Below, piece by piece: positions 40,846 to 49,670 of a stretch of 64,000 bases of DNA. The stretch comes from Dehalococcoidia bacterium. Lineage in GTDB: Bacteria; Chloroflexota; Dehalococcoidia; Lucifugimonadales; GCA-2712585. Position numbers and translations under genes: made by a program. The notes under the pieces are model-generated. The model made no database searches, was not told where the DNA came from, and worked only from the letters and a program-made list of their open reading frames with translations. The stretch is from positions 25,648 through 89,647 of the forward strand of contig OZ250180.1 in the NCBI GenBank assembly GCA_965238215.1, read 5' to 3'. Within the stretch, counting starts at the first letter, position 1. Each line of letters starts with the position of its first letter.

Positions 40846-40861
40846 CCGCATCCGGATGCGG
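40846..40861. promoter_or_regulatory. 16-bp perfect palindrome spanning the MFS start codon
   Basis: CCGCATCCGGATGCGG at 40846-40861. The preferred ATG (40856-40858) lies inside the right arm. Confidence 0.3.
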
Positions 40862-42085
40862 GTCCATACCTTCGACTCCTTCGGTCACCGGAGTTTCCTG
40901 CTCCTGTGGCTGGCTATGCTGTTCTTTTCATCAGGCTACTGGTTACAGCAAATCGTCGTTGGCTGGCTGACTTACGAAGTGACAGGGTCGGCGTTATGGA
41001 CGAGTCTAGCGCTGAGTCTCGAAGCCCTCCCAATACTCTTCGTAGGTCCCGTAGGAGGGGTCTTGGTCGATAGATTCGACCGCAAGAGACTGCTTGCGGG
41101 CATTTACGGTTACCAAGCCACATTAACCATAGCCTTTGCCGCCATCGTCTTGACAGGTCAAACCGAGACTTGGCATATCTTCGCGTACATATTCCTCATG
41201 GGTCTGGCATTGGTTGTCAGCGAACCTGCGCGCACGTCGCTCATTGCAAACATCGTGCCCAAGGAAAATCTGATTAACGCTTTTGCCCTCAGTTCCTTGG
41301 CCTTTTCCCTTCCACGGCTGGGGGTTCCAGTCCTGGGCGGCTTGATCATAGTGCTAGCGGGCCCAGGAGTTGCCCTGGCGTTGGAGGGCGGACTGCAGCT
41401 CTGCGCAGTTGTGGTAGTGATGGGTCTCCAAATGTCGCGATCAACCAGACCGGCTATGCGCTTGTCAAATGTATTTGCCGACATGGTTGATGGGGTGCGC
41501 TACATTTCCAGGGAGCCCGCGCTGATCGGGCTGTTCGCACTGATTTCTCTGCCTGCCCTGCTGGTTATGCCGTCTATACAGGGACTATTGCCGGTTTACG
41601 CCGCGGAAGTGTTCCAAGTGGACGCGAGGGGTCTAGGGTTGCTGATGTCCTCGGCAGGAGCCGGATCAATCCTGGGCACGTTGATTCTTGCTACCAAGGG
41701 GGATTTCAGGTCGAAGAACATGGTGGTGTTGGCCAGCATGTGCGTCATGGCGATGGCGACGGGCATCTTTTCAATCAACGTCTTCTTCCCCACAGCCTAC
41801 GTTAACCTGATCATCATCAGTGCTGCAATGATGATATCCTTCTCCATAAGCAGCGCGATTATCCATAGCACGATAACGGATGAATACCGAGGGAGAGTTG
41901 CCGGCCTTTTCATTTTGCCGTGGGGACTGTTGCCCCTAGGGAGTCTTGCATCCGGGTTCATGGCGGAGCGTCTAGGGGCGCCGCACGCCACGCAGATCAC
42001 GTCGGGAATAATGATAATTCTCCTCTGTCTTGTCGTTTGGAGGATAAGGACCCTGAGAAAGCCAGCGCCTGTCAGTCAGGACTGA
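40856..42085 (+). CDS. MFS transporter (EntS/MFS_3-like)
   Basis: From Met129 of track ORF 40472..42085: MRVHTFDSFGHRSFLLLWLAMLFFSSGYWLQQIVVGWL..., 12 hydrophobic helices, GPVGGVLVDRFDRKR loop motif. The upstream 128 codons are low-complexity and look non-coding. Confidence 0.8.
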   Translation: MRVHTFDSFGHRSFLLLWLAMLFFSSGYWLQQIVVGWLTYEVTGSALWTSLALSLEALPILFVGPVGGVLVDRFDRKRLLAGIYGYQATLTIAFAAIVLTGQTETWHIFAYIFLMGLALVVSEPARTSLIANIVPKENLINAFALSSLAFSLPRLGVPVLGGLIIVLAGPGVALALEGGLQLCAVVVVMGLQMSRSTRPAMRLSNVFADMVDGVRYISREPALIGLFALISLPALLVMPSIQGLLPVYAAEVFQVDARGLGLLMSSAGAGSILGTLILATKGDFRSKNMVVLASMCVMAMATGIFSINVFFPTAYVNLIIISAAMMISFSISSAIIHSTITDEYRGRVAGLFILPWGLLPLGSLASGFMAERLGAPHATQITSGIMIILLCLVVWRIRTLRKPAPVSQD

Positions 42086-42158
42086 AACGGTGAATATGAA
42101 CGGGGATGTGTTTAGGGAGTGAATGTGAGACTCGACCCGATCTGTCGTCGACGTAAGT

Positions 42159-42194
42159 ATGCCGGAGGCCCTTTACCTAAAGGGCCTCCGGCAT
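42159..42194. terminator. Strong bidirectional stem-loop between convergent genes
   Basis: A 16-bp perfect stem ATGCCGGAGGCCCTTT / AAAGGGCCTCCGGCAT with loop ACCT, between the MFS stop (42085) and the VWA gene stop (42203). There is no clear U-tract. Confidence 0.6.
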
Positions 42195-42202
42195 AACCTC
42201 AT

Positions 42203-43792
42203 CTAACGTTCCAGGCGGTCTTGAACCCTGAGGGTACGGTCGACGAGGTCGGCAAACTCCGCTACGTCAGAGTCGTTGGCCAGCAGGTCTTGCAGACGGC
42301 GAGCCTCGGCGAGAACCTGGGTTAAAGACCCATCTTGGGCCCAGTAACTTTTTCTTAGAATCTCCGCAAACTCAGCCACTACCGCTGCCAGCTGAAAGCG
42401 AGTAGAAGCTTCGTCAAACCTGACGAGCAGATCTGACCGTTGGAGAGTCTGGGAGGTCTCAACTATCCGTTCAGAGTCCGAGTCTTCGTACCGGACGTAA
42501 ACCGTTGCCACGCTCCCGCTAGCGCCATCATGAAGTTTCAGTTCGTAGAGGGCGGTGACGCTGTGGCCGGCGCCAACTTCGCCTGCATCCACCGTGTCGT
42601 CCCGAAAGTCTTGGTCGTCCACCCGACGGTTTTCATAGCCCAGAAGCCTGTATCGGCTAACAACTTCGGGATTGAAGTCCACCTGAACCTTGGAGTCCTT
42701 GGCGATGGTCTGAAGGGTCCCGGTCAGGTTCTCCACGAAGATTCGCTGAGCTTCGGATATGTCATCCACATAGTGATAGCTGCCGTTACCGTCGTTGGCC
42801 AACTGCTCCATCAGTACATCGTTGTAGTTACCCATGCCGAAACCCACCGTGGTGAGAGTCACGCCTCTGTCCACTTGTCCCCGAACTTCACGCAATATAG
42901 AGTCCGCCGAAGTGTTGCCGACGTTCCCAACGCCGTCGGATAGCACAATGACGCGGGTAATCCGACCCGGTTCCACCTTATCAACAGCCATGTCGTAAGC
43001 CAGCTCGAGCCCCTCTTCAACAAAAGTGGACCCGCCGGACTGGAGACGGTCAATGGCCTCAATGATCCTATTCTTGTCCTCGCCACTGGTGGGCTTCAGA
43101 ATTACTTGCCCTCGAGAGCCGTAGATTACAATGCCTACTTCGTCCGTTGGCCGAAGTTCGTCCACCAGAAGCCTAAGAGACCTTTTAACCAATCCCAAGC
43201 GGTCTTCGCGTGCCATGGACCCGGAGACGTCTATGGTGAAAATGAGGGTTGCATTCTTTCGGTCTTTGGCGGCAATCTCTTTGCCTTGGAGACCGACCCT
43301 CATCAACCAGTGTTTCTCTCCTCCGAAGGGAGAAGGGGATCCCTCCATGTGGATGGCAAAGGCACCATCCGAAGGCGGCTCGTAGGCGTAGTCGAAATAG
43401 TTGATGAACTCCTCCACCCGGACTGAGTCCGGGTCGGGGAGGTTGCCGTCCATTACGAATCTACGCGTTACGGTGTATGACGCAGTGTCAACGTCCATGG
43501 CGAAAGTGGAAAGATGATCATCCTCGGTATCGATGAAGGGGTTGACGCCGTAGTGTCTGAAGAAAGTGAGGTCGTAGGCGGCGTCGTTTACCGTGGCAGA
43601 CCCGCCGATGGTATTGAAGCCCTCTTGCTCTACCGCTGTGCTCCAAGCTGCAGGAGCCATCGGTGCGGAATCCAAGCCCCATGCCTGCTGAAGAGCTTCG
43701 TCTCCTTCGTCGTACCCGCCACACGCTGCCAACGCCAGAAGCACCACTGGCAGTAACGCCGCGAATATGAGAGCCCTATAAAGTTTACCCAT
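42203..43792 (-). CDS. von Willebrand factor type A domain lipoprotein (YfbK-like)
   Basis: Start at 43792 after AGGAGG. Signal MGKLYRALIFAALLPVVLLALAACGG. MIDAS motif IFTIDVSGSM. N- and C-terminal flanking domains as in YfbK-type VWA proteins. Confidence 0.85.
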   Translation of the reverse strand: MGKLYRALIFAALLPVVLLALAACGGYDEGDEALQQAWGLDSAPMAPAAWSTAVEQEGFNTIGGSATVNDAAYDLTFFRHYGVNPFIDTEDDHLSTFAMDVDTASYTVTRRFVMDGNLPDPDSVRVEEFINYFDYAYEPPSDGAFAIHMEGSPSPFGGEKHWLMRVGLQGKEIAAKDRKNATLIFTIDVSGSMAREDRLGLVKRSLRLLVDELRPTDEVGIVIYGSRGQVILKPTSGEDKNRIIEAIDRLQSGGSTFVEEGLELAYDMAVDKVEPGRITRVIVLSDGVGNVGNTSADSILREVRGQVDRGVTLTTVGFGMGNYNDVLMEQLANDGNGSYHYVDDISEAQRIFVENLTGTLQTIAKDSKVQVDFNPEVVSRYRLLGYENRRVDDQDFRDDTVDAGEVGAGHSVTALYELKLHDGASGSVATVYVRYEDSDSERIVETSQTLQRSDLLVRFDEASTRFQLAAVVAEFAEILRKSYWAQDGSLTQVLAEARRLQDLLANDSDVAEFADLVDRTLRVQDRLER

Positions 43793-43825
43793 CTTAGTGT
43801 CCTCCTCATTATATAATAGTGGCCC

Positions 43826-45835
43826 TTGCACCCCATTAGTTTCGCCTTGCTCTCGTGTACGGGACACTACAAAGGTGTTACATCCGAGGCGAAACATGAA
43901 TCTACGTGGTATCACTTGCCGACTTTTTCCGAATTACTGACCAAATATGTGACCAGAGCCGGCATCGGCGACGCGGAGCTAGCCCGCCGGATCCGAATCA
44001 GCCGCCTAACCCTTATCCGTTGGAAGGAGGGGGTGACCAGTCGTCCTCGCTACCGAGAGGACGTGGTTAGATGCGCCGACGAATTACGGCTTTCGCCGGA
44101 GGAGCGTGACGAGCTGCTGACCGCCGCCGGATTTGATCCAGTGGAGCCTGCGGACGTCCCGGCTACCGACGCTGCGGTTGATTCGGCAGAGGTGGTTGCG
44201 GAGCCGCCGGTTATTACGCCCCGTCGCTTGCGCAGGACTCTTGCGGTCAGCGGTGCGGCGGCGCTCGTAGTGGTTGCCGCTCTTGGTTGCTTTTTTCTGT
44301 TGAGGCAGGAGGGACAACCCAATTTTCCCGTTGCTGCCGATGGAGAGTCGGTTATCCTGATGGCCCCATTCGTCAACTACACCGGCGGGCAGCAGGGGTT
44401 CAACATCCAGGGTCGTCTCACTGAGGAGGTTGAACGTGCGATGTCCACGGCCGGCCTAGCTAACGTGCGAATCGTCGAGGGGACTGAGCCGATTTCTACC
44501 GAGGCGGATGCTGTCGACGCGGCTCTAGAGTCGGGGGCCGACATGGTTATTTGGGGTGAATATGACAGCGGTCGGGCAATGGCGAATTTCACTGTGCCAT
44601 CACAACCGCAGGGCCAGGGAGGCTACAATCCGCAGGTGGTGGATATTTCGTTGTCTCCGGCCAATCTTCCCACATCCATCAACGAGGGTCTTACCGGGGA
44701 AGTGCGTACAGTGGCGCTCATGGTTCTTGGCCAACTGTACCTGGAACGTGACGAGCACGATCTGGCCAAGACTGCTCTGTCTGAGGCTATGGCGCAACAG
44801 CCCGTCAATCCTGACACATTGGCCGGAATCAAGTTCCGCTTAGGCTTGGCGTACATGGGCGGGAAATATGCCGACTTTGACGAGGCGGTATGGCTTTTCA
44901 CTCAGGTGCTGGCGGTGAGGCCAAGGTCCGTGGACACTCTAAATAATCGGGCTTTGGCTCACCTGGAGCGGGGCCGTGAGGGCGACGTGGCGCTTGCAGT
45001 TGATGATTTAACGAGAGCATTGGGCCAAGAACCCCGTAGTGCCGGTACTTACTTGAACAGAGGGGTCGCGTACCTGCGGCATGGTGATAGTCAAAACCTC
45101 TCTCGATCTATCGCTGACTTCGAGAGGGCTATTGAGCTGGAGCCCGAATACTCTAGGGCGTACGTCAACCGCGCCAGCGCGTATTTGCAACGGGGCGATG
45201 AAAGAGACCTTGAGCGAGCGTTCGACGACATAGACAAGGCGCTGTCCATAGATCCGAAACTTGCAATCGCTTATGTAAACCGCGGCAATGCCTATCTTCA
45301 GAGAGGCCAGTCCGGAGACTTGGAGAGGGCGGGCGAAGAGTACGCCAGGGCCATAGAGCTGGAGCCGAAAGGCGCAACTGCCTACTATAATCGGGGCCTG
45401 GTGTTAAGTGCGCTGCTTGGCCCGAATGAAGACTGGGCCGATTCCACCAACGACCTGCTTCGCGCCCAAGAGTTGGAGCCTCGAAATTTCGCGTTTAACA
45501 ACACCTTATGTTGGCAGCTGGGTGTGCAACGGAGACCAGATGAGGCGCTGCCCTACTGTAATGTTGCACTGGAGGAACGTCCTGAGGGTTTGGTATTGGA
45601 CAGCCTCGGATTAGTCTATGCTGTGATGGGTGAATACGACGAGGCAGTGACAAACTTTGAGTCTTTTCTTGCCTGGGTGGGAACTTCCCAGAAGGATACT
45701 TGTCGCAGTCACTATCAACCCAGCCGCGTCACTTGGATAAATGACTTGAAGGCTGGAGTGGACCCGTTCAACGACGAATTGCTTCGAGAGTTGCGGATAC
45801 GGCCCGCACCTCCGTCTGCGGTGGATATCTGCTAA
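43826..45835 (+). CDS. HTH domain - single TM - TPR-repeat protein
   Basis: N-terminal HTH (TFSELLTKYVTRAGIGDAELARRIRISRLTLIRWKEG), TM helix LAVSGAAALVVVAALGCFFLL, then about 8 TPR-like units (AYVNRGNAYLQRGQSGDLERAGEEYARAIELEPK). The real start may be the TTG at 43916. Confidence 0.75.
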   Translation: MHPISFALLSCTGHYKGVTSEAKHESTWYHLPTFSELLTKYVTRAGIGDAELARRIRISRLTLIRWKEGVTSRPRYREDVVRCADELRLSPEERDELLTAAGFDPVEPADVPATDAAVDSAEVVAEPPVITPRRLRRTLAVSGAAALVVVAALGCFFLLRQEGQPNFPVAADGESVILMAPFVNYTGGQQGFNIQGRLTEEVERAMSTAGLANVRIVEGTEPISTEADAVDAALESGADMVIWGEYDSGRAMANFTVPSQPQGQGGYNPQVVDISLSPANLPTSINEGLTGEVRTVALMVLGQLYLERDEHDLAKTALSEAMAQQPVNPDTLAGIKFRLGLAYMGGKYADFDEAVWLFTQVLAVRPRSVDTLNNRALAHLERGREGDVALAVDDLTRALGQEPRSAGTYLNRGVAYLRHGDSQNLSRSIADFERAIELEPEYSRAYVNRASAYLQRGDERDLERAFDDIDKALSIDPKLAIAYVNRGNAYLQRGQSGDLERAGEEYARAIELEPKGATAYYNRGLVLSALLGPNEDWADSTNDLLRAQELEPRNFAFNNTLCWQLGVQRRPDEALPYCNVALEERPEGLVLDSLGLVYAVMGEYDEAVTNFESFLAWVGTSQKDTCRSHYQPSRVTWINDLKAGVDPFNDELLRELRIRPAPPSAVDIC

Positions 45836-45887
45836 CAATTGAGGTGGCCATATGTATTGGACCACCATCGGCGGTTTCTAGACCTGC

Positions 45888-47843
45888 CTAGTGGTTCTCG
45901 ATATTTACTGGCGCTATCTCATCCTGCGTCTCAAACCCGAATAAACGGGAGAAGAAGTAGAGTTCGGCTTCGAGCGCCCTCTTGATGTTGCCCGCCTGCC
46001 GGAATCCATGCTGCTCCCCCGGAAATGTCAGATACGCCGTCGGGATTCCCTTCGCCCGTACCGAGTTGAACATGGTCTCTGCTTGGTCAGGTGGCACTAT
46101 CCTGTCCTCCAGACCCTGCAGAAATATGATCGGACTAGACAACCGCTCGGTGAAATTGATTGGTGACCTCTCCCTGTAGACGGCGGCGTCTTTCGGATAG
46201 GGCCCCACCAGTGAATCCAGGTAACGCGACTCAAATTTGTGGGTGTCTCGCGCCAGGGACTCAAGGTCGCTCACTCCGTAGTAGCTAGCCCCTGCGGAAA
46301 ATATGTCTCGGAAGGTCAGCACTGCCAGCGTGGTGTATCCCCCTGCACTTCCCCCGTCGATGGCTAGCTGCCTCTCATCAACCAAACCTCGCTCAACCAG
46401 GTATAGGGCTGCGTTGACACAATCGTCCACGTCCACCACACCCCAGTTTCTCTCCAAACGCCGCCGGTATTCCCTGCCGTACCCGGTGCTCCCTCCATAG
46501 TTCACGTCCACGACTGCGAATCCCCGGCTTGTCCAGAACTGGATCTCCAGGTCAAGGGCGTTGGACGTAGCTGCTGTGGGGCCGCCGTGGCTTTTCAACA
46601 GTAAGGGAGGTTTGGCACCCTGGGGCGCTGCAAAGTCCTGATTTTGCGGACGATAGAAGAATGCATGGGCTGTCAATCCGCCTTCTGTCGGGAATTCTAT
46701 TGTTTCCGGTATAGACAGGTACCCCGGATCAACCGGTGTCGTGCTGGAACGCCGCAACACGCAAAGCTGCCCGGACTCAAGATCCAGCCGTAGCAAAGCG
46801 TTTGGTTCAGTCGGCCCACCTGCCTCAAAGAGCACCTGATCTGCGCCAATCCGCAGGTCGGACCGGTCCATTGCCGAATAGCCGCCGATTTTCAACGCCG
46901 TCCAGCAACCGCTCTCTAAATCGACATCCAACAATTCCCAGACCCCACTGCGGTTGACGGCGCATATGGCCCGGTCCGCCGAGACGAATCCGTAGCAGGT
47001 TGCTCCGAATACCCACTGTGGCCGAGCGAATTCCGCCTCCATGGGCAGGATGGACTCGCAAGCCACTTGGTCTGTTCGGCCGTCCCACCGGTATAGGTTC
47101 CACCACCCGCTCCGGTCCGACACGAAGTACAGACGACCGTCGGGGCCCCATTCCGGTTGGCAGATGGACTCGTCAATCCCTCCGGCCACTAGCCTTCGTT
47201 CGCCGACCTTGCCATCGTCGTCCAGTGCGCCAACCCACAACTCCGTCCCGTCCCAGGGCATGTTCGGGTGATTCCAGCTTAGCCAGCACAACCGAGACTC
47301 GTCTGGACTCAGCCGGGGAGAGGAATAGAAATCATTCCCTGAAATCAACACTTCTGGATAGGCTGTGACTCCATCAGAGGTGTCCATCTGGACCGCAACC
47401 ACCGAGTTGATAGGCTCGCCCTGGCCAGAATGGTTCTCCTGAACGCAGATTAGCCGCGAGTGCGACCAATCAACTTCAAAGTCCGCGTGACGTATGTCCC
47501 CATCAGGCGTGATAGGTTCGGGGTTCTGCCCGACGGGCTGTCGATAGACCCGTTGATCGACGAAATTCGTGAAGTAGACCGTGCCTCTGTAGACTGCATA
47601 GGCGCCACCGCCATACTCATGAACCCGGGTGCGAACGTTGAACGGAGTCGGAGTGACATCCGATGTGGCCCCATCCTGGGTCCGTCTCACCACTACATGC
47701 CGCCCTGCCTCCATTGGACGAATTTCCACCCAGTAGACATCACCGCCGTCCAGAGCAATCTGTCCCAACCCCAGAGAGTCGGCCACGATCGAGTCCGTTG
47801 TAATCGGCGAAGCCCAAGAACCGTACGGGCTAATAGTTGGCAT
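45888..47843 (-). CDS. S9-family serine peptidase (prolyl oligopeptidase / acylaminoacyl peptidase-like)
   Basis: N-terminal beta-propeller region, catalytic IDGGSAGGYTT (GxSxGG), late GEQHGF His. 651 aa. Confidence 0.9.
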   Translation of the reverse strand: MPTISPYGSWASPITTDSIVADSLGLGQIALDGGDVYWVEIRPMEAGRHVVVRRTQDGATSDVTPTPFNVRTRVHEYGGGAYAVYRGTVYFTNFVDQRVYRQPVGQNPEPITPDGDIRHADFEVDWSHSRLICVQENHSGQGEPINSVVAVQMDTSDGVTAYPEVLISGNDFYSSPRLSPDESRLCWLSWNHPNMPWDGTELWVGALDDDGKVGERRLVAGGIDESICQPEWGPDGRLYFVSDRSGWWNLYRWDGRTDQVACESILPMEAEFARPQWVFGATCYGFVSADRAICAVNRSGVWELLDVDLESGCWTALKIGGYSAMDRSDLRIGADQVLFEAGGPTEPNALLRLDLESGQLCVLRRSSTTPVDPGYLSIPETIEFPTEGGLTAHAFFYRPQNQDFAAPQGAKPPLLLKSHGGPTAATSNALDLEIQFWTSRGFAVVDVNYGGSTGYGREYRRRLERNWGVVDVDDCVNAALYLVERGLVDERQLAIDGGSAGGYTTLAVLTFRDIFSAGASYYGVSDLESLARDTHKFESRYLDSLVGPYPKDAAVYRERSPINFTERLSSPIIFLQGLEDRIVPPDQAETMFNSVRAKGIPTAYLTFPGEQHGFRQAGNIKRALEAELYFFSRLFGFETQDEIAPVNIENH

Positions 47844-47993
47844 TTCAGTCTACTCCTTTGTTGGGGCCATGACTTTGGGAAGGCCAATGTCAATAGCGAT
47901 TAAGCTTGAAGTTAAGCCTTTGCCCAAGAGGCCTAACTTGACCAACGGGTGAGTGGTTTGGGCAAAGCTGTCCATCACTCTATGATGCCAGCT

Positions 47994-49248
47994 TTATTGG
48001 CGTTTTGGTAAGATTACAGTCATTTCGGTATGTTGACCTAGCGTCGAATCCACCTTGACATTGCCGCCGTGTTCCCTGATCACATCGTAGGCGAGGCTCA
48101 ATCCCAGCCCGGTATTCCTTATGCTCTCCCTAGTTGTGAAGAAGGGATTGAACATCTTTTCCTTTACCTCTTGTGTCAGGCCAGTACCGTTGTCGCGGAC
48201 CAGTATCGTGAAGCCGTCTTCCGTGCTGGCCGTAGCGACTTTCAGTTCGGGCTGGTAGTCGCTTGCGCTTTCCCTGGCCTTGTACAACATCGCCTGACAG
48301 GCATTGGATACTAAATTCGCTATTACTCTCGCCACATCTTCGGGCACCACGATCACTTCTTCAAGCCTCGAATCCAGTTCCATTATTATCTCTGCGAAGA
48401 AGTCTGAGTCATGTACTTGCACGGCCCTGTGAGCTAGATCGGTCTGATAAGCCACCAGTTTGTTTAGATCCACGGTGCGGAACCCACCCGCAGTGCCTCG
48501 ATCCAGCGTTAGCATGGCCGACACGATCCCATTAGCCCGAATACTATGGTTAACGATCCGTTCCATGTTGTCCGAGAGGTCTTCAACGAGTTCTTCGGCA
48601 TCTTCTCCAGCGAGCTGGCTGGGCTGTTTCATCATGTCCTTCAGCTCTAGCGCAATTTCTTTTGAGGAGGAGGCAACATTGCGGATGAACTGGAGGGGAT
48701 TGCGCATCTCGTGGGCTACGCCTGATGAGAGCTCCCCGAGTTCAGCCATCTTCTGCTGGCTGATGATCTGGTCCTGTGAGCGCCGGAGGTCTGTCAACGC
48801 CTGTTCCATCTCATCATTCTTATCCCGCGGTTCATCGGAAAGCTGCTGCACCCTATCTAGCTGCAACGCCCTAATGGAACTCTGGCGTAAGGTTTCCAAC
48901 GCTTCACAGGCCTTGGACACCTCGTCGTTTCCCCATGGCTCAATGCGGTGGTCAAAGTCTCCCATGCCCAGCCGCCGAATCTAAATTTCGATGGCCACGG
49001 TCCTGACACCGGTGAAGATGGTGAGGCCACCCATCGCTAGCGCTAAAAACTGGGGTGACCGCTGCCAGGGCCATTAACAATGTTTCGCCTTCCCGGAGAG
49101 CGTATACGTTCATGGCCGTGATCAGGCTTAGAATCAAGAACAGCAAAATGACATGTTGCACCGAGTATCGTCGGATACTGAACTTGGACATACCGAGCGG
49201 ACTGTTCGATTCTGTGGGTTTCTGGTAGGGAGCGGGTCTGCTCGTCAT
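47994..49248 (-). pseudogene. Membrane sensor histidine kinase (TM-HAMP-HisKA-HATPase), frameshifted and with an in-frame TAG
   Basis: H-box SGVAHEMRNPLQF, N-box and DNGTGL/GLGLSL ATPase motifs are in ORF 47994..48965. The HAMP reads ...TVAIEI, then TAG at 48981-48983, then IRRLGMGDFDHRI. The N-terminal TM ORF (48952..49248) joins after a shift in the A5 run 49045-49049. Confidence 0.7.
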
Positions 49249-49670
49249 GTTTCCCTCCTGAGCAGGGTTACTGATGTTAGGGTCTATGATAGTCCATTGT
49301 TTGCCCTTCGCATCCCGAGTTGTGAAGGTTTGATGCGCCGTACTGCCAGTTAAGAAGCAGGCGGGCGCGCAACTCGATTACCATGGCCTAGCGATGTCAC
49401 ACGAGATTCTAGCTAGTTCCATGTATTCGGTGTCAAGGGTAGCGGGAAATCAGGCCTGTGTAAGAGAGTTGAGGCACAACCCATTGGGTCCACTAAACTG
49501 GACAGAATGAGAAATCCTTACCCTAGGGTTCAGATTAGCGCTGTATATGGGGATTATGGGTTGAGGCCCAAGTGAAAATCCATTAGAGGGCGATTGGAGC
49601 ATGGAGGTGCGAAGCTCGTTATCAACGTTGTTTTACGCATCTACGCTGCAATTTGGTCAAATGCCCATTG

